Assembly (NCBI RefSeq): GCF_006345805.1
Contig: NC_043008.1
Location: 9,114,001-9,178,000, forward strand
Direction of reading: 5' to 3'
DNA from: Octopus sinensis
Lineage: Eukaryota
DNA: 64,000 nucleotides
The position numbers and the translations under genes were made by a program. The notes below the pieces were generated by a model. The model did no database searches and was not told where the DNA came from. It worked only from the letters and a program-made list of their open reading frames with translations. Every line of letters begins with the position of its first letter. Position 1 is the first letter of the stretch. This document shows, piece by piece, positions 53,228-64,000 of this stretch.

Positions 53228-54255
53228 CTAGGAAGGGCATCCAGCTGTAGAAACTCTGCCAGATCAAGATTGGAGCCTGGTGCAGCCATCTGGTTCACCA
53301 GTCCTCAGTGTAATCATCCAACCCATACTAGCATGGAAAGCAGACATTAAACAATGATGATGATGATGATGATGATTAAGATGCATCTGGCATAGATACG
53401 GAAATGATGTCACCAAGACCATCCCTCTTAACTTGAAGAATTCTTCAGGCAAAGTTGAAATAAATGGGGCATAAAGTTTCAAACCAACAGCACTTTGCTC
53501 CCTTACCTTTGTGAATCCTGTTGAATAAATAAAGTTACACCAACTTGATAGTAACTTTACATGGCTCTTAAGACAAATAATTAGAAAAGGACTTATAGTT
53601 TTTTTTACCTACATTAATAAGTAACATTCTTTTTTATTACCTACATTAATAATTAACTTTTTTTCTTTTTCTGACAAATTTAATTATGAATAACAACCTT
53701 TACCTTTTTCTGACCTCTAAGCAGCAATTCAAATTGGCCATTGAAATTTCAAATTAATTTTACCATTTCAAGCAGACTAGAGTTGATAAACGCATCAGCT
53801 AGCATCATAAATAGCAACAGCTCATTGATTAATGCATTCCACCTCCTCTCTCTCCCTCTCTCCGTCTCTCCTTTCCTTTGCTTTATATTCTCTGCCTCAC
53901 AGCATCCACCAAAATATCACTTTCTCTCCCCCATCTCTGTCATATTCACCCCCATCACTTTATACATCCCTTCCCACAGAATTTGTCCTTTGCAATCAAT
54001 GCTTCCTTCTGTCTTTTCCTGTCTTCCATCATTAAGTTTGTTTCTCTTTACCTATTTAAACAATAGCATTTTCAACCAGCACCACTACCACCACCCCTCC
54101 ACCAGCCCAATCACTTCTCTGATAAACTGCTCTGTACAGCGAAATATAACAAGTAAAACACTGAATTAAATAGATAATATTTAGGCTATATATTCTTCGT
54201 AATTTGAGTCATTTTTAGAATCATGGATAATGTAAGAATACCCAATAATAAATAA

Positions 54256-54300
<45 letters not shown>

Positions 54301-55286
54301 AATTTATATATTTATAAATATATATATATATACATACATATATTATATATATATATATATATATAAGGAATGTGGCAGTTTACTGGAAGCATTGGGATAT
54401 AAGAAAACAAGGAAACAATAACGAAGAGATGTTCTTGCAAAATGAAGAGAGAATAAATAATTAATTATTTCCTTAAGTATTTGGGGTAAACAATCAATCT
54501 TCATAGGAAAATATTTAAGAATTTAATAAATTATTCATTCTTTCTTCACATTGTAAGGAACACTCTGCATTATTTTGCGATTGTTTACACACCTCCATCA
54601 AATCAGCTGCACCTTGTTATGTCAGCCTCTTCATGCTGGCATCGGTTAGACAAAACCTTTTGGAGTTGGGTTTCTATGGCCACACACCCTTCCTGTTGCC
54701 AACACCAACCTGTTTTACAAGTAAAGTATTTTTATTCTGCCAAGCTTCACAGGTGATCTACAGGGGTCACATTGCTTACAGGACATCATTATGGCCCAGA
54801 TGGTATCAGTGTGAAGACATGTAGGAAATCCTATAATTACATCAACATCAAAATAAATATCAAATGGAAATTGTAGTTGCGATACCTGTGCCGGTGGCAC
54901 GTAAAAAGTACCATCCGAACGAAGCCGATGCCAGCGCCGCCTTGACTGGCTTCTGTGCCGGTGGCACGTAAAAAGCACCACCAGTCATGGCTGCTGCCAC
55001 TCCACCCCACTGGCACCTGTGCCGGTGACACGTAAAAAGCACCCACTACACTCACTGAGTAGTTGGCATTAGGAAGGGTATCCAGCTGTAGAAACACTGC
55101 CAGATCAGACTGGATCCTGGTGCAGCCTCCTGGCTTCCCAGACCCCAGTCGTACCGTCCAACCCGTGCTTACACTGACAACGGACATTAAACGATGATGA
55201 TGATGATGATGATAATGATGACATTGGTATGAAAAGATCTTCATTACTACACAGATAAACCTACAGTTATTTATGTATATTATATA

Positions 55287-55504
55287 TGAGGGGTGCTGAA
55301 AAGTTCCTGACTTTAAGGGTATCATGAAAGGCTTGGTTGGAGGCCCAAACTTCAGTGGTCTTTTACAAGGCTTAGGAAAACTGAAGGACCACTGCAATAA
55401 GTGTGAGAATCTGAGAGGGGGTTATGTCAAATAAAATCATAATTAACTGATCCTCCTATATTTTCTTTTACCCAAAGCCAGGAACTTTTCAGCACCCCCT
55501 CATG
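55287..55504. mobile_element. Tc1/mariner-type MITE
   Basis: TA|tgaggggtgctgaaaagttcctg ... caggaacttttcagcaccccctcatg|TA terminal inverted repeats with TA flanks. Confidence 0.8.
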
Positions 55505-55507
55505 TAT

Positions 55508-55538
<31 letters not shown>

Positions 55539-55544
55539 CAGTAG

Positions 55545-55725
55545 CGGCTGTGTGGTAAGTTAGGCACAGCAGTGACTGTGTGGTAAGTAGCTTGCTTACC
55601 AGCCACATGCTTCCAGTTTCAGTCCCACTGTGTGGCACCTTGGGCAAGTGTCTTCTACTATAGCTTTGAGCCAACCAAAGCCTTGTGAGTGGATTTAGTA
55701 GACGGAAACTGAAAGAAGCCAGTCG

Positions 55726-55756
<31 letters not shown>

Positions 55757-55971
55757 GTGTGTTTGTGTGTCTGTGTTTGTCCCCACAACATCGCTTGACA
55801 ACCGATGCTGGTGTGTTTACATCCCTGTAACCTAGTAGTTCAGCAAAAGAGACTGATAGAATAAGTACGAGGCTTACAAAGAATAAGTCCTGGAGTCGAT
55901 TTGCACGACTAAAGGCGGTGCTCCAGCATGGCCGCAGTCAAATGACTGAAACAAGTAAAAGAGTAAAAGAG
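55545..55971 (+). mobile_element. SINE family A with duplicated 5' start
   Basis: ctgtgtggtaagt occurs twice (about 55548 and 55576), followed by the full consensus. Confidence 0.85.
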
Positions 55972-56519
55972 CGGATTTGAAGCCGTAATTTCATGTTTTG
56001 AGACAAGAACAATTTAGTATACAACTTTACTAACGAGATCATCTCATTTTCTTCTCACAGATATTCCTTACTGATATATTTTAATGCAAGCTCACATACA
56101 CACATACACATGCATACGCAGTTGTCGCTCTACCGTATTACTGCATTATGCATCTAGTAGCATCAAACAGTTAAGTACAACACACCACCTTCAAGAAGTG
56201 CAGCAATACTAAGATGAAATTTACAAGACATTTGCTTTGTCTGCTGCTACCATTGTTTGTACGTAATCACCACAGACAGGTGTCAATAGCATGGCATACC
56301 ATTCCGAGACAGTTAATTAAACTTCAGAACAAATATACAATTTATGCAAATTAAAAGGTACATTGATATATCATCTGAAACCAGTCTCAGTTGTTTTCTC
56401 ATCACTCTTAAGTTTGTAGGTTGGCGATGGGTTTCAGTTGTTTGGTGCACAGTTTTGTTGCAGGTGTGGTTGCATTTTATGTCTGTTTTCCGAGGAATTT
56501 GTATATTTTATTTTTAAGA

Positions 56520-56985
56520 TTATTATCATTATTATTATTATTATTATTATTATTCAGTAGTTTTATTTTTATAGCGTGCTTTCACTTCACTACCGAGCGC
56601 AGCTCTGTGTGCCTTGGGTATGTGCTGTGATTTGTTGTGATGCTCTGATGGTTATTGTATGGAAAGTGTTCTGCGTAGGATGTGTGCAGTGCCTAGTAGT
56701 GCAATTTTCTGTATGTTATATGTGTTTGTAAGTCCTGGTGTTTTTGTTATGTATTTGTCTGAATATTTTTTTATCATGCCTAATGCACCTACTATGATAG
56801 GAATTGTTTCTGTTTTCAGATTCCACATTCTAGTTACCTCTATTTCCAGGTCTTTGTATTTTGAGAGTTTCTCCTTTCTTTTAGAGACACGTTGTCATCA
56901 GCCGGTATTGATACATCAATTAGAAAGCATTTTTTTTCTTCATGATCTCTGACAACTATATCTGGTCTGTTGGCCTTCATTTCCC

Positions 56986-56990
<5 letters not shown>
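56520..56990 (-). mobile_element. R4/Dong-like non-LTR retrotransposon 3' end (restriction-like endonuclease)
   Basis: KANRPDIVVRDHEEKKCFLIDVSIP.D.N..., then after a frameshift LSKYKDLEIEVTRMWNLKTETIPIIVGALG...IQKIALLGTAHILRRTL; flanked by (TAA)n on both sides. Confidence 0.85.
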
Positions 56991-57021
<31 letters not shown>

Positions 57022-58019
57022 TCGTTTAATGTCTGTTTTCCATGCTAGCATAGGTTGGACGGTTCGACCAGGGTCTGGGAAGCCAGGAGGCTACACCAGG
57101 CTCCAGTCTGATATCTAGCAGTGTTTCTACAGCTGGATGCCTTTCCTAACAGCAACCACTCTGTGAGTGTAGTGGGTGCTTTTTACGTGCCAGGCGAGGC
57201 TGTCAACGGCTACAATTGGTTGGTGCTTTTTACGTGCCACTGGCATGGAAGCCAGTCAAGGCAGCGCTGACATCAGCCACGTTCGGATAGTGCTTTTTAC
57301 TTGCCACCAGCACAGGTATCACAACTCCAATTTCCATTACTATTATTATTATTATCATTATTATTTGATGTAGACCCACCAGTCTGTTCCTTTTATTATT
57401 TTGCTTGTTTTAGTCATCGTCTGACTGTGGCCATGCTGGAGCACTGCTTTGAAGGGTTTTGCTCAAACAAATTGACCCCGAAGACTTATTTTTTTAGGCC
57501 TAGTACTTATTCTATCGGTTTCTTGTTGAATTGCTAAGTTAAGGGGACATAAACACACCAGCACTGGTTGTCAAGCAGTGATGGGGGGACAAACACAGAT
57601 ACAAACACATAGATATATACATGCATCTCTCCATATATGTGTGTGTGTGTATGTATATAGATATATATATAAGTAAAGGCATGTGGCTTAGAGGTTAAGA
57701 TTTACAATCGTAAGGTCATGAGTTCAATTCCTGGTGACACGTTGTGTCCATGAGCAAGACACTTTATTTCACGTTGCTCCAGTCCATTCAGCTGAAAAAA
57801 ATTAGTAATACTTGTATTTCAAAGGGCCGGCCTTGTCACACTCTGTGTCATGCTGAATCTCCCTGAGAACTACATTAAGGGTATACGTGTCTGTGGAGTG
57901 CTCAGCCACTTGCACATTAATTTCACAAGCAGGCTCTTCTGTTGATCATATTAGCTGGGACCCTCATCTTCATAATCAATGGAGTGCTCCTTTTATATAT
58001 ATATTACAATGGACGGTTT

Positions 58020-58178
58020 ATAATAATAATAATAACAACAACAACATCAAAAAATACCTTAGAACCCAGGTTTGAAATTTCCCCAAGACACCTGATGAAG
58101 GCTGGAGGGTATATCAGCCGAAATGTTGTGTTAACAATAAACAAGATGAGGACAAATGTAAATAATGTAAATAATGTC
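58020..58178 (+). mobile_element. 5'-truncated copy of the hammerhead-SINE family
   Basis: (AAT/AAC)n-catcaaaaaataccttag-aacccaggtttgaaatttccccaagacacctgatga..., colinear with 39898-40187. Confidence 0.7.
58087..58132 (+). ncRNA. Minimal hammerhead ribozyme motif within a dispersed repeat
   Basis: gacac-CTGATGA-a-ggctg...cagcc-GAAA-tgtt-gtgtt; homologous copies at 39989-40034 (-), 40186-40216 (+, partial) and about 60449-60495 (+, degenerate). Confidence 0.55.
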
Positions 58179-58475
58179 CAAATGTAGGGATGGACAAAAT
58201 GCTGCTAAGCATCTCATCCTGCATGCTAATGATTCTGCCAGTTCACCACCTTATTTTCAGTTACTGAGTTACACATATGGCCACCACAAAAATATTAGAG
58301 TGTTAAGGTTAGAGCAGTTGTTATTAATAACATTTAATCCAGTATTTTTAATACACATCTAGTTCTTGTTTTACCTCTCAATAATCTATAGTCAATTTAT
58401 AGAAATTAATTTTAAAATATAGCAACTTAAAACCCCAGGTGTTGATGAACAACATTTACAAAGGGTTTTACTTAC

Positions 58476-58556
58476 CTGAATAGTTCTAGACTGGACATTT
58501 TTGCTGCTGTCACTCTGTTCATGCTTTGTTTCTTTCATGAGAGAATTTACAGCACC
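58476..58556 (-). CDS. NPHP4: Probable nephrocystin-4 linker exon (81 nt)
   Basis: Strong splice sites (tattcttccag| ... CAG|gtaagt), phase 0-0, open frame GAVNSLMKETKHEQSDSSKNVQSRTIQ. Position and size fit the poorly conserved linker before the FRAS..QPHV exon; sequence homology itself is weak. Confidence 0.7.
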
Positions 58557-58580
58557 CTGGAAGAATAATAGAATACCATT

Positions 58581-58786
58581 TTAACCCTTTAGCATTCAGA
58601 CTTTCCTTTCAAACATAACACTTTTCCATTCACATTGTTTTAGATTAATCATGCATTATCTTGAGGATTTCAGATTTTAAGAGGTAACTGTTAGTTTTTA
58701 GAATGATATTGTAGGGTATGTGTGAGGGGCCAAAACAGGTAGAATATTTTGGTCAGATATAGCTGATTTGAATATTAAAGTGTTAA
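58581..58786. mobile_element. piggyBac-type MITE (second family)
   Basis: TTAA|ccctttagcattca ... tgaatattaaagtg|TTAA degenerate TIRs. Confidence 0.6.
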
Positions 58787-58949
58787 ATAGAAGAAAAGCA
58801 AATGTATATGTATGTATGTCCTGTAGAGAACCCAGTCCACAATATCAGTCATCATATTATATAATTACATAAAGTTAAAGAGATGTTCTAACTTAAAACC
58901 AAAGAAAATAATACATCATAAGCTATTGGTATGCAAGACAATTGCATTG

Positions 58950-59920
58950 TCATCATCATCATCATCGTTTAACGTCCGCTTTCCATGCTAGCATGGGTTG
59001 GACGATTTGACTGAGGGCTGGTGAACCAGGTGGCTGCACCAGACTCCAATCTGAACTGGCAGAGTTTCTACAGCTCATCATCATCATCATTGTTCGACCG
59101 TGGTCAAGACAATGGAATTTACCATGCCACGCCAGACTTCATGGTCCATCATGGCATTGCGGAGGTCCTGTTGCTGGATGCCTGTATCCCTGGAGATTAC
59201 ATCAGGGTAGGAGAGTGTGCACCCTCTGGTATTGCGAGTAGATGGCTTCCAGAGGAGGAGAGTAGAAATTACCTCTTTTTCAGCTCTACAACAATGTCCA
59301 GCAAACTGGACTCTCTTACCTTTCACAAGAGATGACACAGATGGTAGTTTCCCATATATTTGCCCTTCCTAATGCCAACCACTCCGAGAGTGTAGTGGGT
59401 GCTTTTACATGCCACCGGCAGGAGGACCAATCAGGCGGTACTGGCAATGGCCACTCTCAAATGGTACCTTTTATGTGCCAGCTGTACAGGAGCCACTCCA
59501 GCAGTACTGGCAACAACCTCGCTCGAATGTTCTCTCGCGTGCCACCAGCACAAGTGCCAGTAAGGCGACACAGGTAACGATCACGCACGAATGGTGTTTT
59601 TTACATGCCACCGGCACAGAAGCCAGCTTGTTGCTCTGGCAATGATCCCGCTCATATGGTACTCTTAGCGCACCACTAGCATGGATGCCAGTCATCGAAT
59701 TTGTTTTCGATTTCACTTGCTTCAACAGATCTTTGCAAGTGGAGTTCAGTGTCCAATGAAGGAAAGGTATGCATAAGTAGGCTGGTTACACCCATGGCAT
59801 AGGCCATGAGGTTATGGTCTCACTTGAGCTTGCCGAGTCTTCTCAAGCACAGCATTTTCCAAAGGTCCTGGTCACTAGTCATTGCCTCGGTGAGGCCCAA
59901 AGTTCGAAGGTCATGCTTGT
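58950..59920 (-). mobile_element. Long family B copy (hosts the RTE insertion)
   Basis: (CAT)n at 58950, conserved body, extends 5' to about 59920. Confidence 0.75.
59077..59340 (-). mobile_element. RTE-like LINE 3' end nested in a (GAT)n-family copy
   Basis: KRVQFAGHCCR...LLLWKP...R.....YPDVISRDTG.....L.NAM.D..VWR, followed by a (TGA)n tail; the host repeat resumes at about 59362. Confidence 0.75.
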
Positions 59921-60410
59921 GTAGTTAGAAAGGGACCAGTAAACATTGGTTTGACAATATAGTTTAGAAAGGGACCAGTAGAGATTGGTTTGACAATAGA
60001 GTTTTCATAGATCAAGAAGAAAAAAAAACAAGAAGTACATAAAAAAATACACAAAGAAATATATAAATGATTCCTGTGTCATTTATCTTTTTGAGTAGAG
60101 AATTTAGAAGAAGAGAGAGAGGGAACAAGATATATATTGAGCAAAACACTGACCCCTCTTTGACTCATTTATCTGGTAATAGAGCAGATAATAATAATAG
60201 AGCAGAGAGTATGACATGCTATTGATGCACAAAATAATTTTATAGTTTAGGGTACAAAGGGGATTGCATCTTCTCAAATGAAAATAGAGAAATGATATGT
60301 CACACATACATACAAATAACTTGATGTAGAACAACATCCTTTAAACCTACTAAGAATAAGAGATTGATTTTTTTCAGTTTTTTATATAAGTTGTTTTACC
60401 TGTGATGTTT

Positions 60411-60577
60411 TACCTTAGGAATGAGAACTCAGGTTTGAAATTTTCTCAAGACATCTAATGAAGGCTGGAAGGTATATCAGCCAAAATGTTGTGTTAACGA
60501 CAAACAAGATGAGGACAAATATCCATCGAATGTAAATAATGTACATAATTCCTCATCTCTTAGGTATAGAATTGTAT
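60411..60577 (+). mobile_element. Degenerate copy of the hammerhead-SINE tail
   Basis: taccttaggaatgagaactcagg...aattcctcatctct..tatagaattgtat, colinear with 39898-40075. Confidence 0.65.
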
Positions 60578-61094
60578 GACGTAATTATCATTGACATTTT
60601 GAAAATTCAGTAAAAAGGAACAGACTGATTATTTCAAAAGAAAATTCCTTAATTAGAAAACCAGCAATTAATGTTGTGCACAGACTATATAAGAGGGCTA
60701 CAGAGGCCTTATATAATTGCAAAACTGAATATAATTGCCACTGCAGTACAGAAGCAAAGTTGTAAACAAAAAAAGCTTGGAGTATTTTCCTCTTTCTCTT
60801 CTTTCTCTCACAAAGACAATCAATCCTGTTGTCCATACTGCAATTTTGAGACTGACCTCAAAACTAATGAAATTAGAATTACACCAAAAGTTATTTAGCA
60901 AGTAAACGGACTTGGAACAAACTTGGAACTAATTACTTCCAAAACCTTTCTTGTTAGATATCAAATGTTGTTGTTCCATGATTAACTGACCATCACAGGA
61001 TGCTGCTAATAAGCAAATTATACTATTTTAATGAGTCTAGATTGTTGTCCATTGATTAGTCAAAATATTTTTACTGTATATAATGCCATGAAGG

Positions 61095-61295
61095 TTGTAT
61101 AAAGTCTTATGGTTCACCACCCCCAACTTTTCCCTTAAAGTTAGGTCAAATGTAGGTAAAAGATTCTCACACTTAGAAGATATTCATTTTCTTAGAGTCT
61201 ATAGATGTAGTACGATCTTTAATAGACAAAATACAATTAAAATTATTTTCTCTTGCTCCAATGATGTTAAGACATATATCAACAAGCAACCAATG
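61095..61295 (+). pseudogene. Penelope-like element ORF relic (RT to GIY-YIG linker)
   Basis: KVLWFTTPNFSLKVRSNVGKRF...IHF...IFNRQNTIKIIFSC resembles the Penelope-like motif IIWFNPPYS..VKTNIGK.F...HF...IFNRNTVKISYSC. Confidence 0.65.
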
Positions 61296-62339
61296 ACGCA
61301 AGCTGCTCTGGATGTACATGTAGAGACAAATATAAATGTCTTCTGAAGCTGGCAGAATTGTTAGCACGCTGGGCGAAATGTTTAGCAGTGTTTCGTCTGC
61401 TGTTACATTCTGAGTTCAAACTCTGCCGAGGCAGAATTTGAACTCAGAAAGTAAAGAAAGAAGAAATACCGCTAAGCATTTCAGCCAGAGTGCTAACATT
61501 TGAGCCAGCTTGCCACCTTGTCGAGACCAATATATTAATTATGAATTACTCTTCCACATATGTTAATTATGCTTTCACATCTGTTATTAATTATTCTTTT
61601 GCAAATTAAACTATTTGGTAAACATTCTACATGGATCGCATTACCTTTTCACTTCTATACCTGTTGGCAATACATCAAGACATTGTCTGCAGTGAAAACC
61701 CATGTTAACCCTCTAAAACCCTGCTCATATCCCTAACTTGAAACCAGGATGATGGCCTACTAAATGGCTCAACTCATATGAATGAACTGGATCAAAGATC
61801 CAGAGGAAAATGAAAAGCAAGAAGATTGTGTTGTGCCAAGATTAAATATTTCAGTACCTGAGATTAAAAAACCATCAAAAAAACAAAATTTTTTAAAATC
61901 TCTTCATGCTTTCATCTTTGGATGAAAAAAAAAAAGAAAAAGAAACATTTAGAAGAATTTGAACGAAAATGAAAACAGGAAAATCAGACAGTGACAGAGA
62001 AAAAAAAAAGAGTCGAGAAGAAGAACCTCGTGAAATCCCAAAGTTAAGAACAAGCGAGAAAGAAATAGTGGAGAGTATGGCAGCAGTAATAGGTTTGTGT
62101 GGTCACGGAGCATGCAGTGAGACGCCAGAAATTCCATTGATGTGAACACCAGAAGATCTGACAACACTGAAAGAGATGAAATTACGATTCTAACTTTCTT
62201 TATTTCCCAAGTGGCAGCTGAAGCTTAAAACAAAATGTGATCATGAGAAATACAAGTTTCATTAACTTATAATAATTCTTCTGTAAAAAGGAGACAGCTG
62301 ACAGTTAAGCTGTTTCAATTTACATATTCTTAAGATAGA

Positions 62340-62379
<40 letters not shown>

Positions 62380-62977
62380 GTGAGTATATAGGTATGTATG
62401 TATATTTTATATATAGAGAGAAAGACAGACAGACACAGTGAAAGAGAGAGGGAGAGAGAGAAAGAGATAAATAACTTGAGTATATATTTATGCATGTTTG
62501 CACACACATACTCACACATGCATGCGTATATACGTATATGTATATATATATATACACACACACACACATATATATATACATATATATATATATATACACA
62601 CATATATACATATATATATACACACACACATATATATATATATATACACACACACATATATACACACACACACGAACATATATATATATATATAATTTCA
62701 ACAATTGAGGGTAAAATTAATTAATTAATCAATTTCACCAAGTATTCAGTATGCAAAGGGACCATTTAAGGCGAATTCAAATTATTACATTATATAAAAG
62801 GGCTTAGTAAAATAAATTACTTTGCCGCATACTGAACTCATTAGAAATAGCAGCTAAAAAAACTTTTTAAAACTATTTCTAATACTTAAAGAAAACCTCT
62901 CTCATATAGTGTTTGCTCAATTCAACTCACGCAAATATGGGGGTAGAGACATTAAAAAATCAAGTGCAAAGGTTATT

Positions 62978-63029
62978 TGAGAACGTACGTTTCAAGATTA
63001 GTCAACACGACACTTCTATCATCAGCTCA
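62978..63029 (-). ncRNA. Minimal type I hammerhead motif (inverted copy)
   Basis: Minus strand: tgag-CTGATGA-taga..gtc gtgtt gac..tctt-GAAA-cgtacg-TT-ctca. Confidence 0.6.
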
Positions 63030-63291
63030 GAACTCCCTGGTTTGGATTTGAAAACACTGAAAGTGGGAGCATACCCTTTCGGCTTCCTCTCGCTTCTGAA
63101 GATCTGCTCGTAACTAACAGTGCCAACAAACCCAAAAATGCAAGCGAAGAATTTCTGCTCTCCCCTTTCCACCAGCGTGTGTTAAAATCAGTAAACACTA
63201 TGCTTTTTTCGGTAAAGTCCGCGGCATTATATAGAGAGAGATGAATTATAATTTCAACAATTGAGGGTAAAATTAATTAATTAATCAATTC

Positions 63292-63343
63292 TGAGCTGAT
63301 GATAGAAATGTCGTGTTGACTAATCTTGAAACGTACGTTCTCA
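63292..63343 (+). ncRNA. Minimal type I hammerhead motif (tandem copy 1)
   Basis: tgag-CTGATGA(63296-63302)...GAAA(63328-63331)-cgtacg-TT-ctca; palindromic stem III ACGTACGT. Confidence 0.6.
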
Positions 63344-63847
63344 AATAACCTTTGCACTTGATTTTTTAATGTCTCTACCCCCATATTTGCGTGAGTTGAA
63401 TTGAGCAAACACTATATGAGAGAGGTTTTCTTTAAGTATTAGAAATAGTTTTAAAAAAGTTTTTTTAGCTGCTATTTCTAATGAGTTCAGTATGCGGCAA
63501 AGTAATTTATTTTACTAAGCCCTTTTATATAATGTAATAATTTGAATTCGCCTTAAATGGTCCCTTTGCATACTGAATACTTGGTGAAATTGATTAATTA
63601 ATTAATTTTACCCTCAATTGTTGAAATTATAATTCATCTCTCTCTATATAATGCCGCGGACTTTACCGAAAAAAGCATAGTGTTTACTGATTTTAACCCA
63701 CGCTGGTGAAAGGGGAGAGCAGAAATTCTTCGCTTGCATTTTTGGGTTTGTTGGCACTGTTAGTTACGAGCAGATCTTCGGAAGCGAGAGGAAGCCGAAA
63801 GGGTATGCTCCCACTTTCAGTGTTTTCAAATCCAAACCAGGGAGTTC

Positions 63848-63899
63848 TGAGCTGATGATAGAAATGTTGTGTTGACTAATCTTGAAACGTACGTTCTCA
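63848..63899 (+). ncRNA. Minimal type I hammerhead motif (tandem copy 2)
   Basis: Same motif exactly 556 bp downstream (CTGATGA at 63852-63858). Confidence 0.6.
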
Positions 63900-64000
63900 A
63901 ATAACCTTTGCACTTGATTTTTTAATGTCTCTACCCCCATATTTGCATGAGTTGAATTGAGCAAACACTATATGAGAGAGGTTTTCTTTAAGTATTAGAA

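Larger units (their letters stand above)
62691..64000. mobile_element. 556-bp hammerhead-containing unit in inverted plus tandem arrangement (retrozyme / Penelope pLTR-like); runs off the window
   Basis: 62691-63290 is the reverse complement of a permuted unit (tataatttcaac recurs at 62691 and 63247). 63288-64000 holds about 1.3 direct units. Copies are near-identical. Confidence 0.75.

Noticed and set aside
61661-61735. Candidate upstream NPHP4 exon ending ...FTADNVLMYCQQ|gt
   Set aside because: In-frame stop shortly upstream and no match to the expected conserved VPFKFQ-type motif.
62913-63113. Duplicated 66-aa ORF MLNSTHANMG... (also 63764-63964)
   Set aside because: It recurs only because the DNA unit is duplicated; TTG start, antisense to the hammerhead, no recognisable domain.

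Overview
AT-rich, microsatellite- and retroposon-dense animal genomic DNA; the SINE repertoire suggests an octopus/cephalopod (inference). The only supported host gene is the 3' part of nephrocystin-4 (NPHP4) on the minus strand. Five exons with consistent GT-AG sites and phases (58476-58556, 37877-38033, 27857-27975, 20723-20889, 7829-8354) are separated by 7-20 kb introns; upstream exons are probably beyond the window end. The rest is interspersed repeat: several tRNA-derived SINE families, a (GAT)n-tailed retroposon family, LINE 3' ends (CR1-like, RTE-like, R4/Dong-like), mariner relics, piggyBac-type MITEs, a non-autonomous Helitron and Penelope-like relics. The most striking signal is a recurrent set of minimal type I hammerhead-ribozyme motifs. 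They include a recent 556-bp tandem-plus-inverted, retrozyme-like array (62691-64000) and a tRNA-headed SINE-like family carrying a hammerhead (39898-40216 and relatives). Almost all ORFs in the supplied track are low-complexity artefacts. Repeat family names are from recognition by eye, not database searches.
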